Source: Seison nebaliae (lineage: Eukaryota). Taken from it: a DNA stretch of 46,327 nucleotides. The notes under the pieces are model-generated. The model was not told the DNA's origin and did not search any database. It saw nothing but the letters and a program-made list of their open reading frames with translations. Each line of letters starts with the position of its first letter. The stretch's first letter is position 1. The translations under genes were made by a program, and so were the position numbers. This document shows, piece after piece, positions 13,367 to 24,868 of this stretch. The DNA lies in contig JALJEE010002203.1 in the NCBI GenBank assembly GCA_023231475.1, positions 62,001-108,327 of the forward strand, in the 5' to 3' direction.

Positions 13367-15309
13367 TAAAACAGACGGTGAAGATAATAAAAATGAATCT
13401 CTCAAATTTCATCATTAAATTCAATGAAGTCGATGATGACGATCTCTTTCGAATTATGTCAACAACTTTATTATATAATAATAAAAAAAACTTAATGACA
13501 GAAATATATCCGTCAATTTGGAAATTATGGTTTTTCCCTGTTGTGGAAGCAATTCAGAACGTTCAGATATCAATTGAACGGAAGAATAACTATGAAATAA
13601 TGAAGAGTTTATTTAGAATGGCTAATGGAATAAATGACCATCGGTCAATGGAATATATCATCAATTTGCCTTTCTCCCCAATCTTTTCACTTTAATAGAT
13701 TTCCACTCCATTTACATATTATTATAACATTTTCATTGTGACGTAAGTAATATGACGATAAATAATAATTTGTAAACGAACGACGAATGAGGAAGTAGAA
13801 AAAAAAACTTTCTCTTAAAAGTAGTTGCTTCATCTATTCTCTAATGAACAAGTTGAACATGCAATGATTTATAAGAATAAATTCTAGAGAACTATAAAAA
13901 AATTAAAAAAAATTTCCTGACGAACAAATTGTTTGTTGCAATTGAATCGACTTAACATTCCCGAAAATAACTTCATTGATCACTTAACAAATTTCTGTAA
14001 TTGCAATCGTCATATTAAATCATTTTCAAACAATTATATTTCATCAAGTGTTCTTATCTTTACAATAATTTTAATGAGAACTCGAAAAATGACCGTTGGC
14101 TATAAAACGGTTGAGGATGATTTTTGACATGGCGTTCTTTTTGTGATAGACCAATTCTAATTCACGAAAATCACGCAATATCAATGAATGTTAACGAACA
14201 TCCAGTGGATATCATCCACAATACAATTTACTGTTACTTAATATTCAAAAGTATTTTGATATTAATGAATCTCATTCGATTGGTGGGAGAACAATATAAG
14301 TTTTATTAAAATTAGTTAACTGTTGGCGGGGAATTGTCGTGAAAGCGACGGGAACATCATCTTACATAAAAAGTAACCATCATCTAACTTAAGTGACGTC
14401 ATCGGGAGGGGTCGAAGAGAAGAATATTAAATTTGTAACCTACTTTCCAATTTGCTATTTCTTCTTTCTATTTCGTCTTTTCCGAGAGAATTTGTGTAAT
14501 TTAGAATGTGGAAAGAAACTCTTATCAGGAACACTCAGTTGTTCATCATACGAATAGGAGAAAAAAAACCGTCTCATAACAGAACCACACCATCTCTTAT
14601 TACATCGAAATGAATTCCCGTTAAAAGTTTTTAGGAATTATCAAAATAAAATTTGTTATCTTCAACTTCTTATAAAGACAAAAAAAAAGAAAGGAGGAAA
14701 ACTTTTCATTTAACTCTCATTTTCACATCTCATCTTCATAAACTCGACTATTTTTTTTTCGTTAATTTTCTCCCACTAAATGATAAGATGATAAATTTAT
14801 CTGTATAAATTATCTGAACTATATTCCTTTCTCCAAGACGGTTCGAGTAACCGTGTGGAGCGTAATTCTAACACAGATGATGAATAGAAAATACTTATCA
14901 ATTTGGAGATTGCATGAGAGAAACCGACAGGATTCGAACCGGCAATTTAATTCGAAGAAATGAAGAAGAATTTCTCAGGTATTCCACATTGAAACTATTC
15001 GCCATTATAAATTAAAGGTTCTCTTCTTCTTCTGATTTAACTGATTTTCGAATGATTTAGTGTATATTCTTAATCGAATTAACCATCGCAATTTAATATA
15101 ATTTTTTTATGACACCATCTGTCGACAATATGACAATGGAAAATTCTTCGAAGAATAATATCAAATTATTCAATATTAACTTGAGTCGAGAATTGACCTC
15201 GGACATTTCTTCATTGAATCAATGACCGTAATCGATGATTAATGATTCAATGTTCGTTTCAATTATTCTGGTTGAGTAGTTCATAAATTTCTTCATTTAT
15301 CTTCCACTA

Positions 15310-15663
15310 AATAATCTCTTTGTCTCTTTAGAGAACTGATATTATTGACAAGAACTCGGATTTGAGTTACTCCCCAATCATCTCATGTCAACGAGGGATG
15401 AAACAAACAAATTCGTAAAATTAATTAGAAAATATTCATCCGATTTGCCGATAAATGAAGAGAAATAATCGTAAATTAGGACAAGCGCATAGATAAAATC
15501 GCACAAGTTGAAATATATCGATAAACTTTCAAATTCCCATCCTAACAAAACTGTTCGGTTGTTTTTGAGTAGAGAACTTTGAATTCTTCAAATCAAACAA
15601 ACTCATATGAAGTTTAGAAGTTCATCAATACCCAAAGCGATGAGAATGTTCAATGCCAATTAG
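15310..15663 (+). mobile_element. Decayed 3' end of a non-LTR retrotransposon ORF2 (L2/Rex/CR1-like)
   Basis: A frame with stops reads ...KLSNSHPNKTVRLFLSREL*ILQIKQTHMKFRSSSIPKAMRMFNAN*. This resembles the SHP...T.RF..SF.P.AIRL.N C-terminus of these elements. Confidence 0.5.
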
Positions 15664-17432
15664 CTCCTTCAAGATGATATGGGAAAAGAAAGCTACTTGA
15701 AAATTTGGAACAGTTTCGTCTTACAACTCTTCGATGAGTTCTTATTGATGATATTGATTTCAATGAATTCGATATGAATCGATTTCAAATTGAGATTTCT
15801 TCACGTTTGTTTTCACTTCCGTCTTCAACTGAAAATAATAGAAAGGAAAATCTTCCGATGGATTTGAATGACGATGAGGAATCATCATACAAATTGTAAG
15901 AATTTCATGGCATTTAACTTCTCATTAATTTTCTTCGATTTATCATCATCGTCGAACGAATAGAAGAGGAAGGGAGTTTCGTCAAGATTAGTGTATTCTT
16001 CTTCCTATGAATTGGGAAAGGAGAAGAATTTCGCTACTGAATTATTAATTGATGGTCAATCGACACTTAGGCAATGGCGGAAGAGGTCCCTACCAACATT
16101 CACTACCTGCAGTGAGTATCGAATTCGATTAAGTATTCGACATTTTTCTTCTAAAGTTGATACGAACAATCAATAAATGATCGACTGATAAATAGTTGTA
16201 GAATTTCTTCTTCTTCTTTTACTTCTGTAAGTGAACGGGAAGGAAAATTTCCTTCTTTATCAGACGAATAAACAACGAGTGAAAATAGAAGAGAAATTAG
16301 AATAAATGAATATTAAGAAATTTGAGAGAAAGAATTTGATGAAGATAAATTGTCTGTGAAGAAGAATCGATTGCTCAAATGAAATAAAATTCTTTCAAAA
16401 AATAAAAACAGAAGAAGTGGTAAGCTAATATTGGAGGTCTATCTAGCGTCGAATTGACACATTTAACTTAAATGAGTCAATGAGTTGAATATGCAAATGA
16501 ATTGAGAAGTAGTTTCCCATCGCGAACTGGGTGAACAATGAGATAATGAGAACGAAAATAAAAGGAGACTGATTTCCGTAAAAAGCATCAACTACGTAAA
16601 AATTCTCGTGACGGATGCCACTTTGTTTGTGGTAGTTCGTAGTGAGAATACTTGACGGATGAAGAATTGTGTCGGAAGAATATCGAATCAATGTCAAGTA
16701 TTAGATTATCATTGTCAATTGACGAAATGTTTTCCGTTTGATCGAATTCGAACAGAACTTTCTTTATCGTCGATATCAATTCAGTGGAGATGTCAAACGT
16801 TAGATTGTTTCGAAATTGACGATGAGTAAGAAGAAGCGAAAGCGCCCAAATAACAATAATTTCCACTTTTGACCTTATGGAAATGGGGGAGATGTGTACG
16901 GTAATAACTCAATTAACCTTATCACTTGAACGTTAAATGACACGATGAAGGTGGCGAATGACTTAGAACGATTATATAAGTTAAGAAAATATTCTCAACT
17001 GAAATTAACGAATCGCCACAAACTATTATCATTCATGCATCCGATGTCTGTAGGTTAATTTACGTATCATCCTTTCACCATCATCCAAACTCGAATTATT
17101 AATTATCATCAATTTGCTAACGATTACTCGCTATTCCCATCATTCATATCTGACAACCAACTAACTTAGTTGGTTTCTTAGTTGAACTAAGAAATATGAA
17201 CTTGTAAGAAAATAAATAGAACAATAAAACTATTATCAATTTTCAACATCATCATCATTTTTATTTCCGAATCATCAAATGGTTTCTATTTACCATTCCA
17301 TCTTTAGGAAGAAGCTGATGAGCGTTTAATGTTCAATTATCATATGCCGAAAGTAAGCACGACTATGGTAAATGAAGCCTTATTTGGAGCTTTTAACACA
17401 AGTGGTCGAATTTGTAAAAGAATTGAAATGAA

Positions 17433-17495
17433 TTTTTTGGCGGAATAATTGGGGAAGAGATTTTCGGCAGTTGGCAACTATTTGCCGCCAAAAAA
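17433..17495. repeat. Short inverted repeat (TTTTTTGGCGG...CCGCCAAAAAA) around a GTTGGCAAC near-palindrome
   Basis: 11-bp perfect arms, seen directly, extending imperfectly to about 19 bp. Confidence 0.6.
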
Positions 17496-20265
17496 CGAGA
17501 GGGAAATGAATTTAATAATTAATATGAAATAAACGGAAATGCCTAAGGAGATGACAAATGTTGTAATAGAAAAAGTGATGATAACCTTCTCTAAATATGA
17601 GAACGCGTTTGTTTGAAGGGGAATTGCATAATAAGAATAACATTATTGATAAAAAATAACTACATATCATTAGCGTGAGAAACAGGAAGAATTTAAATAG
17701 TTCTCTCAACAACAACAACAACAACAACAAGAACGAGTGATGGAAAGTACATTTGGGTAATTGGGAAGGTTGACGTGGGGTAAATACCTGTTAGACAATT
17801 TCTGACGATATTGTTATTGATTTAGTTTGCTTTTATTATAAACGCTACTTCTTTCAAATACTCTTTTATTATTCAATAAGGTGTGATGAAGGATACATTT
17901 CATGTGTTCCTGCTACGAGATTACGTGTGTGGAAAAGATATGGAAGATTTCCGTTCGTGTAATATATTTGCCGATACAACGTTACTACTTACTTATCACG
18001 ATCGTCATGGGAAAAGTGAGGTAGGATTCCCCCACTTCTACAATGATATAGTAAATACATATTCTGCTATTTATTTAGAGTAACAATCGATGACGATGAA
18101 CAAATAGAGTCAATGTCAATTAGATGTGAATGTCAGTGGTAATAGTAGAATTCTCCTTCATATTTCCCATTAATTTCTATTATTTCTAGCTGTTCACCTC
18201 AAAATCGATTGGGAAATTTTCCTCTTCTATTCTTCAAATATTTTATGAACACTTTTCCCTTTTATGTTTACATAAGTCTCATTTAATATCGGTTCTCCTC
18301 AATCAATACTACCACCACTTCCGGCAGTCGACGTAATATGATTCAATCTGTTCTTGACATCGCTATTCTGATCCATCCTTCGATTTGGGTAACTAATAAG
18401 AAACAACATCATCAACAGTACTATACAAACTCTATTAAAGACGCTTCATATCAAAACTTCTTATGTAATCGACTCTGCCTTCTTACAGACTGTCCATACT
18501 CGACGGTTTCCTATCCATTACCTTCCCCTTCAAATAAGAAAGATGGGGAAAATGGATGGATGAATTGATTAAAAACCTTTTCTTATAAGTCTTTCTCTCC
18601 ATTTCATACTAATCATTAATAATCATAAGTAAATTGATAGGAGAAGAAGATTATAAGAAATATATATTTAAGTTAAAATGATAATCCCATTAACTCAAAC
18701 GATACGTTCGACCATCATAAATACATCATTATAACATTTACCGTTCTTATCGCGAATAGCCATCAATATTTAATCGAAATTGGAAAAAGAGTATCTAAAA
18801 CATTTTCGAAAGAAAACATCGATTCATTCACTAGATATGAATATGTAGAAGCGAACACATGGAAATATTAATAAAAAAATATCGGAAATTGACCCAATTC
18901 ATTTCTACTCATTTCTAATGGAAGTTAGTCGAAGAAGTTTAAATGGATATCGTTCGAAACAATCGATTGTTTTAATCAGGTGCATCTGCATTTGATTCAT
19001 TACGTTCCTTCCACAATAAACACGAATAAACTTCTCTGACACTTCTCTCCTCCAGTTTGAAGAGGCAAATTTATAGGTTCAATTAGTAATAATTAATCTA
19101 ATTCAATTTAGGCGAATATCGCAAACTAGTTCCATGGAGAGATTAAAAGGAAATGGTGTTTGATTTCTCTCCGTTGAAAGTTTCGGTTCTAATGAAAGAA
19201 AATAAATTTCTTTTTCTGCAATTTTCGTCCATTGCCATATTCATTGAGAATTTATTTCCTTATTGTTCTCACATCATCCAATTTAACGGACAGACATCAT
19301 CCTCTCACCATTTCTCGCCTCCTTCATTTCAAAAGTGTTCCAAACTCTATTCACCACAATCGTTCACACATGATTTAATCAATTGCGGTAGTACCAACCA
19401 ATGGTAGGGAGGAATGTATTAACCCAAAAGACATTGACGTCGATTTAGGCGGAAATCGTCCCAAACTCCTTTCGGTAATCGTAGAACGAAGAAGCCGTAC
19501 AGATTCGCCTAAATTACATGAAGGAATCATTCGCCTCTCAGCTGTTCCTTGTCGTTTGACCGTGTGAATTTATTTAATGACTCTACGAATTCACTACCGT
19601 CTCAAAGAACATAATATGAGAAGAGAATTACTTCTTTTACTCACGGAGAAACTACTTTTTTCCCCCCCAAAACATTCATTCCATTCCTCTTTCATCGTAA
19701 CTAACCATCATGACTGGAATTGCTGTTGTGGAATGTGCGGCGCGTGTCGTAAATTCACAAAACTTATCATTCCACTCAGTTCGGAGAGAAGTTAACGAAC
19801 GAACAAAATTATTCTTAAACGTTTTTACTACTCTAACCATTTTTTTCTGCTTCCATTCGTAACATCTGATCTTCATTTATAATTATAAGACTACCATATC
19901 GTTTTTATGATATTACTCTATTTCTACTCTTATACGAACCAGATTGATGTTGAAGTGGTAATTGAAACGATTAAAAGACTTTGAAATTATTTGAAGAGTT
20001 TGAAGGTTAAACCAATCCTCATTCTTTCTCCGTTTACTAATTGAAATGGAAAGTTTTTTAGAGAGAGTTCGAATAAAATTTATTTTCTGATAAAATAAAT
20101 TTTTGTTTAAAACAAATTTATTGAGAATTAAATATAACAATTAATTGATAATAATTATTAAGAATTGAATAGAACAGATTTTTTTTAAAGATTTCAAATA
20201 ATTCAATGAAATTCTAAACAAAAAGAAACTTTCAACTTCTTCCAAAAACTGAAAATTTTTTTACT

Positions 20266-21435
20266 TTATTTTGAAATATATCCGAATTTCCTATAGAACG
20301 TAAACCTGTTCGTCAATTCAACAAATTTATCTTTGAAATTATCTAATGTTATGAATGTTGTTAAATTCGATAAATAATTTAATTTATATTCATCCGATTT
20401 CACCATATCTATTGGAATATCTGACCATGACTGTGATGATTGTTTCAATTTTAAAAATTTCCGAATGAAATTTATATTGATTATAAAATTATCACACGTG
20501 TCTTCATTAGTCGAATTATCGTCACGACGAATAGATTCATTAGTTAGACATAGAACATTTTCTGAGAGATGATTATCGAAATTTTGGATATTTAAAAAAA
20601 GTTTGTAAAGAATTTCTAAATATCTCGGGAAATGATGTTCATCGATAATTGCGATGAGATTCGGTGCAATTTCCAATTGATTAACTAACGTCTGATAACC
20701 GTTAATATATTGGATACAATTGAGGAAGAAGTGAACATTCGATTTGTTTGTAAATTGAATTTCATCAATAATTGTCGACTTTAAATGAAGAAGACATTTA
20801 TGAATGTCTTCTAAGAAAATGTTATCGAACCGATTAGACAACCATTCGAAAAGAAAATTGATGTCGGTTGTTGTTGTTTTGGAGGAAATGAGTAGAGTAT
20901 CTTGGTGTACATTCACATGGTCTTTATGATAGCCGCTACCTCCAAAAGAATATTTAAAATTGTTACCATTATTCTTCTCATAAATTAGTTTCTCAATATC
21001 AATTGCCTGTTTCGTCTCGAATCTGTGATTCACATAAAATAAATAGTCAACTTTTGTCGTCAAATAGTTTTTTTGGTCTTTAAGTATTCGACGATAAAAC
21101 TCTCTCAGATCAAGATGTTTATTATCCGATCGAATAATTATCAAGAAATGATGAAATGGCAATTCGAAACTTTTGAATAATTCATCAAATTTCACGATGG
21201 GAAATTGATGTGGTTCCAATTTAATTCGATTATCTGACGATGTCTCATATTTAGCAAGTTTACATTGTTTGAGAGGTGCACATCGTTCTCGACGAAAACT
21301 ATTCCATAATCTCACCACTTGATTGTCATTGATTAGTGAATATTGCTCGTATTGACCGTACCAGAGATAGAAGCGAAATATGATGGAAGTGGAAAGTATG
21401 ATAATTGGATATTTCTTCAATATGATTTTCCACAT
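20266..21435 (-). CDS. Type II membrane protein, highly divergent glycosyltransferase family 31 (B3GALT/Brainiac)-like, intronless, ~389 aa
   Basis: The first ATG is at 21435; the track start at 21504 is a TTG. An N-terminal signal anchor is followed by FLIIIRS...REFYRRIL, VDYLFYV, HQDTLLIS and LIAIIDEHHF, in the order of the GT31 motifs. Confidence 0.6.
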   Translation of the reverse strand: MWKIILKKYPIIILSTSIIFRFYLWYGQYEQYSLINDNQVVRLWNSFRRERCAPLKQCKLAKYETSSDNRIKLEPHQFPIVKFDELFKSFELPFHHFLIIIRSDNKHLDLREFYRRILKDQKNYLTTKVDYLFYVNHRFETKQAIDIEKLIYEKNNGNNFKYSFGGSGYHKDHVNVHQDTLLISSKTTTTDINFLFEWLSNRFDNIFLEDIHKCLLHLKSTIIDEIQFTNKSNVHFFLNCIQYINGYQTLVNQLEIAPNLIAIIDEHHFPRYLEILYKLFLNIQNFDNHLSENVLCLTNESIRRDDNSTNEDTCDNFIININFIRKFLKLKQSSQSWSDIPIDMVKSDEYKLNYLSNLTTFITLDNFKDKFVELTNRFTFYRKFGYISK

Positions 21436-21919
21436 TCTTAATATATTTCGTTTCGTTAAATCTTCACCTTCTTTTCTCCTCAAGGCAATTTCGAGTGACG
21501 TCAATGAAGAAAAGATGAAGGGAGAGAGGAAACAATCTTAATTTCGAATAGGCTTAATCAATTAAGGATTATAATAAAATTTCATTATTCCAACCTTCCC
21601 TAATGGAGAAGCGTTAACATATCGACATCTGTTCTAATAGACCACCAGCAATTCGCTTAATTGTTTTCTTGATCTCTGTTGGAATTTAATTTCTCGATTA
21701 ATTGGATGACAATAGTAATGTAACAACATCACTAATTTGTTCAGATCTCTGTGAATATCGCGCGCTTCATCTCCTTATAAGTTGGAGGAGGTTCGCTTCA
21801 CATTTCCATTAGCTCATAATCGACATAAATATCGAGAAGTTTTTTCACTAAAAATATTCACTACAGTTTATTCGTCTTAAATTCGTCATCCAAACATTAT
21901 TCATAATATTCAAAAGAAA

Positions 21920-22847
21920 ATGAATTGGAATCAAGCTTATTGGAAATCATTAAATGATTCAGCACTCGAAATGTCGATGGATAATAGTATCGTTCCCTTC
22001 TCACCTGGAAAAGAAAATTATTCTGATGATTCTATTCTTAATATTTCTAGGGAACAGATATCGAACAATCAATTTGTCAAATGTCCTCAAACAAATACCT
22101 CAACACCGATGTCTTCAAATCGATCAAATATTATCATTCAATCAACATCATCACCCAGAATGGAAAATCGAAAAAGAAAATGTGACGAAATGGAGAAACA
22201 GGAAGAGAATGAAATTGATGTTAGTTCAAGTTTTATTTTGAAATAATTCATTATTTAAAACTATGAAAATTATTCAATTTTTTTAGAATTCATCGAAAAA
22301 ATTCCGAAATGATGAAGAAGATGATTTTCTTTATAAGAAATTAAATAGAACGAAATTTTCCGATAAACAGAAAAAGGAATTGATCGAAGCATATAAACAA
22401 AACTCTTATCCAGATCCTCAAGAAACGAAAGAATTGTCAGATAAATTGGAAGTTACGGAAAGTACGATAAAAGTTTATTCAAATATTTAAATTATTTTTC
22501 GTTTATATTAGCTTCATAATTTTTAGATTTGGTTCCAGAATAGACGTGCGAGAGAAAAGAAAAAAATGAATTCTAAGAAAGTTCCAACCTTTCTGGAAAT
22601 CTTAAGAAATGTTCCAATGGGTGTTGAATTGCAAATACCACCACCATTGCCTGATTATTCGACCAATTATTCTTATCCATTTCCTTCATCAGTCAATCCT
22701 CCATCATATGCTCCATTAAATTATAATTCTAATCAATCATCATCTCCAACAGCTTCATCTGAACAATTGGCAATGTTGTATAACAATTCTCTCCAATATC
22801 TACAACAAATGTATTTCCTTCAACAACAACAACAACAACAACAATAA
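21920..22847 (+). CDS. Divergent PRD-class Q50 homeobox transcription factor, 3 exons, ~268 aa
   Basis: Exons 21920-22219, 22287-22472 and 22527-22847 give KKLNRTKFSDKQKKELIEAYKQNSYPDPQETKELSDKLEVTESTIK|IWFQNRRAREKKKM, followed by a P/S/Y-rich and poly-Q C-terminus. Confidence 0.9.
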
Positions 22848-23066
22848 TGATAATGAGAAAATGAAAAGTATTAAATTATATTATTTATGAATTTGTCTAA
22901 TTAAATTTTTTTTAAATTAGTTAATGGAAATGTTTCTTTAAATTTTCCATTTTTTTCCATTTCAATTCATCTTTTCACTTGAAAATTATTTATTAAATTA
23001 TTCATTTCTTATCTTAAATAAAATTGCAAACAAATTCAGTTAGTTTCATTTCTTTATTTTCATTGC

Positions 23067-24200
23067 ATGTCTCTGCTATTATCGGTTTCGGGAAATATGC
23101 TCGCATCAAATTCCACCACAGAAAATTTGAATGTAAATCATGAGAATAATAATAATGAGAATGACATTCCTCCATTCAAAGTATTCAAACGATCTGATCA
23201 AGCCTTCCTCAGTTGCACTTTATGGATATTAGTCTTATCAGTTGTTGTTGTTATTTATTTCGGAAAATTCCGATATTACGTCTTCAAACACGACACGTTA
23301 GCAGGTGCTTATTTGAGTCAACATGAAACATGGTATTCGCAACCATACGTGCTCTTATGTTTATCCGTCGTACCGTTTCTGATATCGATTTTTTTCTATT
23401 TTTATAATCGACAGAAATTTCCGGAAAATTATCATCATGTTCCCGATTTGGAGATTAGGAGACGATTTCAAACATATCATCGTTTTTATTTGATGGTTCT
23501 CTTTATCGTTTCCATATGTTTGGCAATAGCACAACTGGTTTATATTATTGTCTTTATCAACAATCTCAAAATGTATCGAGCAGTTCAATTGTTAGTGGAT
23601 TGTGATCGTCCACATGTCGGTGAATGTGACTGTTTACATACTTTCGTTATAACAGCTGATAAACAATACTCATTAATCAAACCGATAAATACGACACGAA
23701 TGAAGATATTTGGTTATTCATTCGGTGTTATGACTGATGAAATTTTAGAACCAGTAAACGGTAATAGTAGTAATAACAATAGTAGTATTAATAGTAGTGA
23801 AAATGATCAAATTAAATTATCTAATCAATTAAACATCAATGATTCCAATCCGACATTTAATATCAGTATCCTATTTCGGGAACAAGGTAGACAGGAATGT
23901 AAATTGGTATACAGAAATCGTTTATTGTTAACTAATTTATTGGTCGTTCTAGTACTGATAAATATTCAACTGATCTTTGCTTTCCATCTCCAATGGAATA
24001 CGTTGTTACAATGGCGGAAAATTACACGAATGCATCACGACGAACAACGATTACAAGAGACTCTTCAACTTAACGGAAATCAGAACAACCAAAATGATCG
24101 ATTCGGACCATATGTCAGTTTCGTACAGGAATCATTTAGTCAAACGTTCGATATCGATTCCTCCCACTCATCAGTCGTTTGTCTCAATACGAGAATTTGA
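23067..24200 (+). CDS. Uncharacterised membrane protein with about 4 TM helices and a large Cys-containing loop
   Basis: 377-aa intronless ORF with four hydrophobic segments. The loop between TM3 and TM4 contains CDRPHVGECDC...EC and N-glycosylation sequons. Confidence 0.75.
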   Translation: MSLLLSVSGNMLASNSTTENLNVNHENNNNENDIPPFKVFKRSDQAFLSCTLWILVLSVVVVIYFGKFRYYVFKHDTLAGAYLSQHETWYSQPYVLLCLSVVPFLISIFFYFYNRQKFPENYHHVPDLEIRRRFQTYHRFYLMVLFIVSICLAIAQLVYIIVFINNLKMYRAVQLLVDCDRPHVGECDCLHTFVITADKQYSLIKPINTTRMKIFGYSFGVMTDEILEPVNGNSSNNNSSINSSENDQIKLSNQLNINDSNPTFNISILFREQGRQECKLVYRNRLLLTNLLVVLVLINIQLIFAFHLQWNTLLQWRKITRMHHDEQRLQETLQLNGNQNNQNDRFGPYVSFVQESFSQTFDIDSSHSSVVCLNTRI

Positions 24201-24868
24201 TAATTTCTTATTTTATATAAATAAACATTTAAATATAAGGAAAATAAATGACGATAATATTGATGGATGTAATAATGATGATGCTGCCGAATTTGGTTTT
24301 TTTTTTGTAAAATTATTTAGTTTTTTAAATTTATATTTTTTTGATGGGAATGATTTGCATCAAATAGAAAGAAAGGTGAAAATTTAAAAATAAATTTAAA
24401 AAAATAGAAGGTTTCGGAAGAATTCTCATTTCATAAAAAAAACGGAATGTTGTTTCACTCAAAATTTTCTCAATAATGAAATCATTCTTATACATGTTGT
24501 TTTAATAATATCATTCATAGACAATAATAGTGATGATGATGATGATTATGATGATGATGAAGGAACGATAAAAATAAAATATTTTTTTGTTCTCGATCGA
24601 AAATTGAATAAATATGATATTTGGTTAGATTGTTTACGAAAATTATTTTTTCGGGAATTTCTTTCTGGTGTTAAGAAATGTGTTGTTATTATGCTTGTTT
24701 CCTGATATGATGATGAGAGGAGAAAGAGATTTTAAGAAAATAATTAATTTTTGAATTTTCGGAAATTCTTCTCTCGAAATTTTTGTTGAGTGGAAATTGT
24801 TTGAAAGAAAAATAGAATATCTCATTTTTACACATAATCTCTCTCACTCTCTCTCTTTTTCTCTCTCA

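Noticed and set aside
13303..13695. 130-aa ORF with poly-Asp
   Set aside because: Driven by a GAY microsatellite, with no recognisable domain or splice partners.
14918..14945. tRNA-like T-arm/B-box (GGTTCGAATCC on the minus strand)
   Set aside because: No D-arm, anticodon arm or acceptor stem; at most a relic.
16443..16980. Overlapping minus-strand ORFs with a possible GTT...AAG intron
   Set aside because: No ATG start, a stop closes the upstream frame, and no family similarity.
19785..19807. Minus-strand TTTGTTCGTTCG matches the 5' part of miR-375
   Set aside because: No complementary arm, and the 3' half differs.
21555..21564. TAATCAATTA paired-homeodomain dimer site upstream of the homeobox gene
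   Set aside because: Expected frequently by chance at this AT content.
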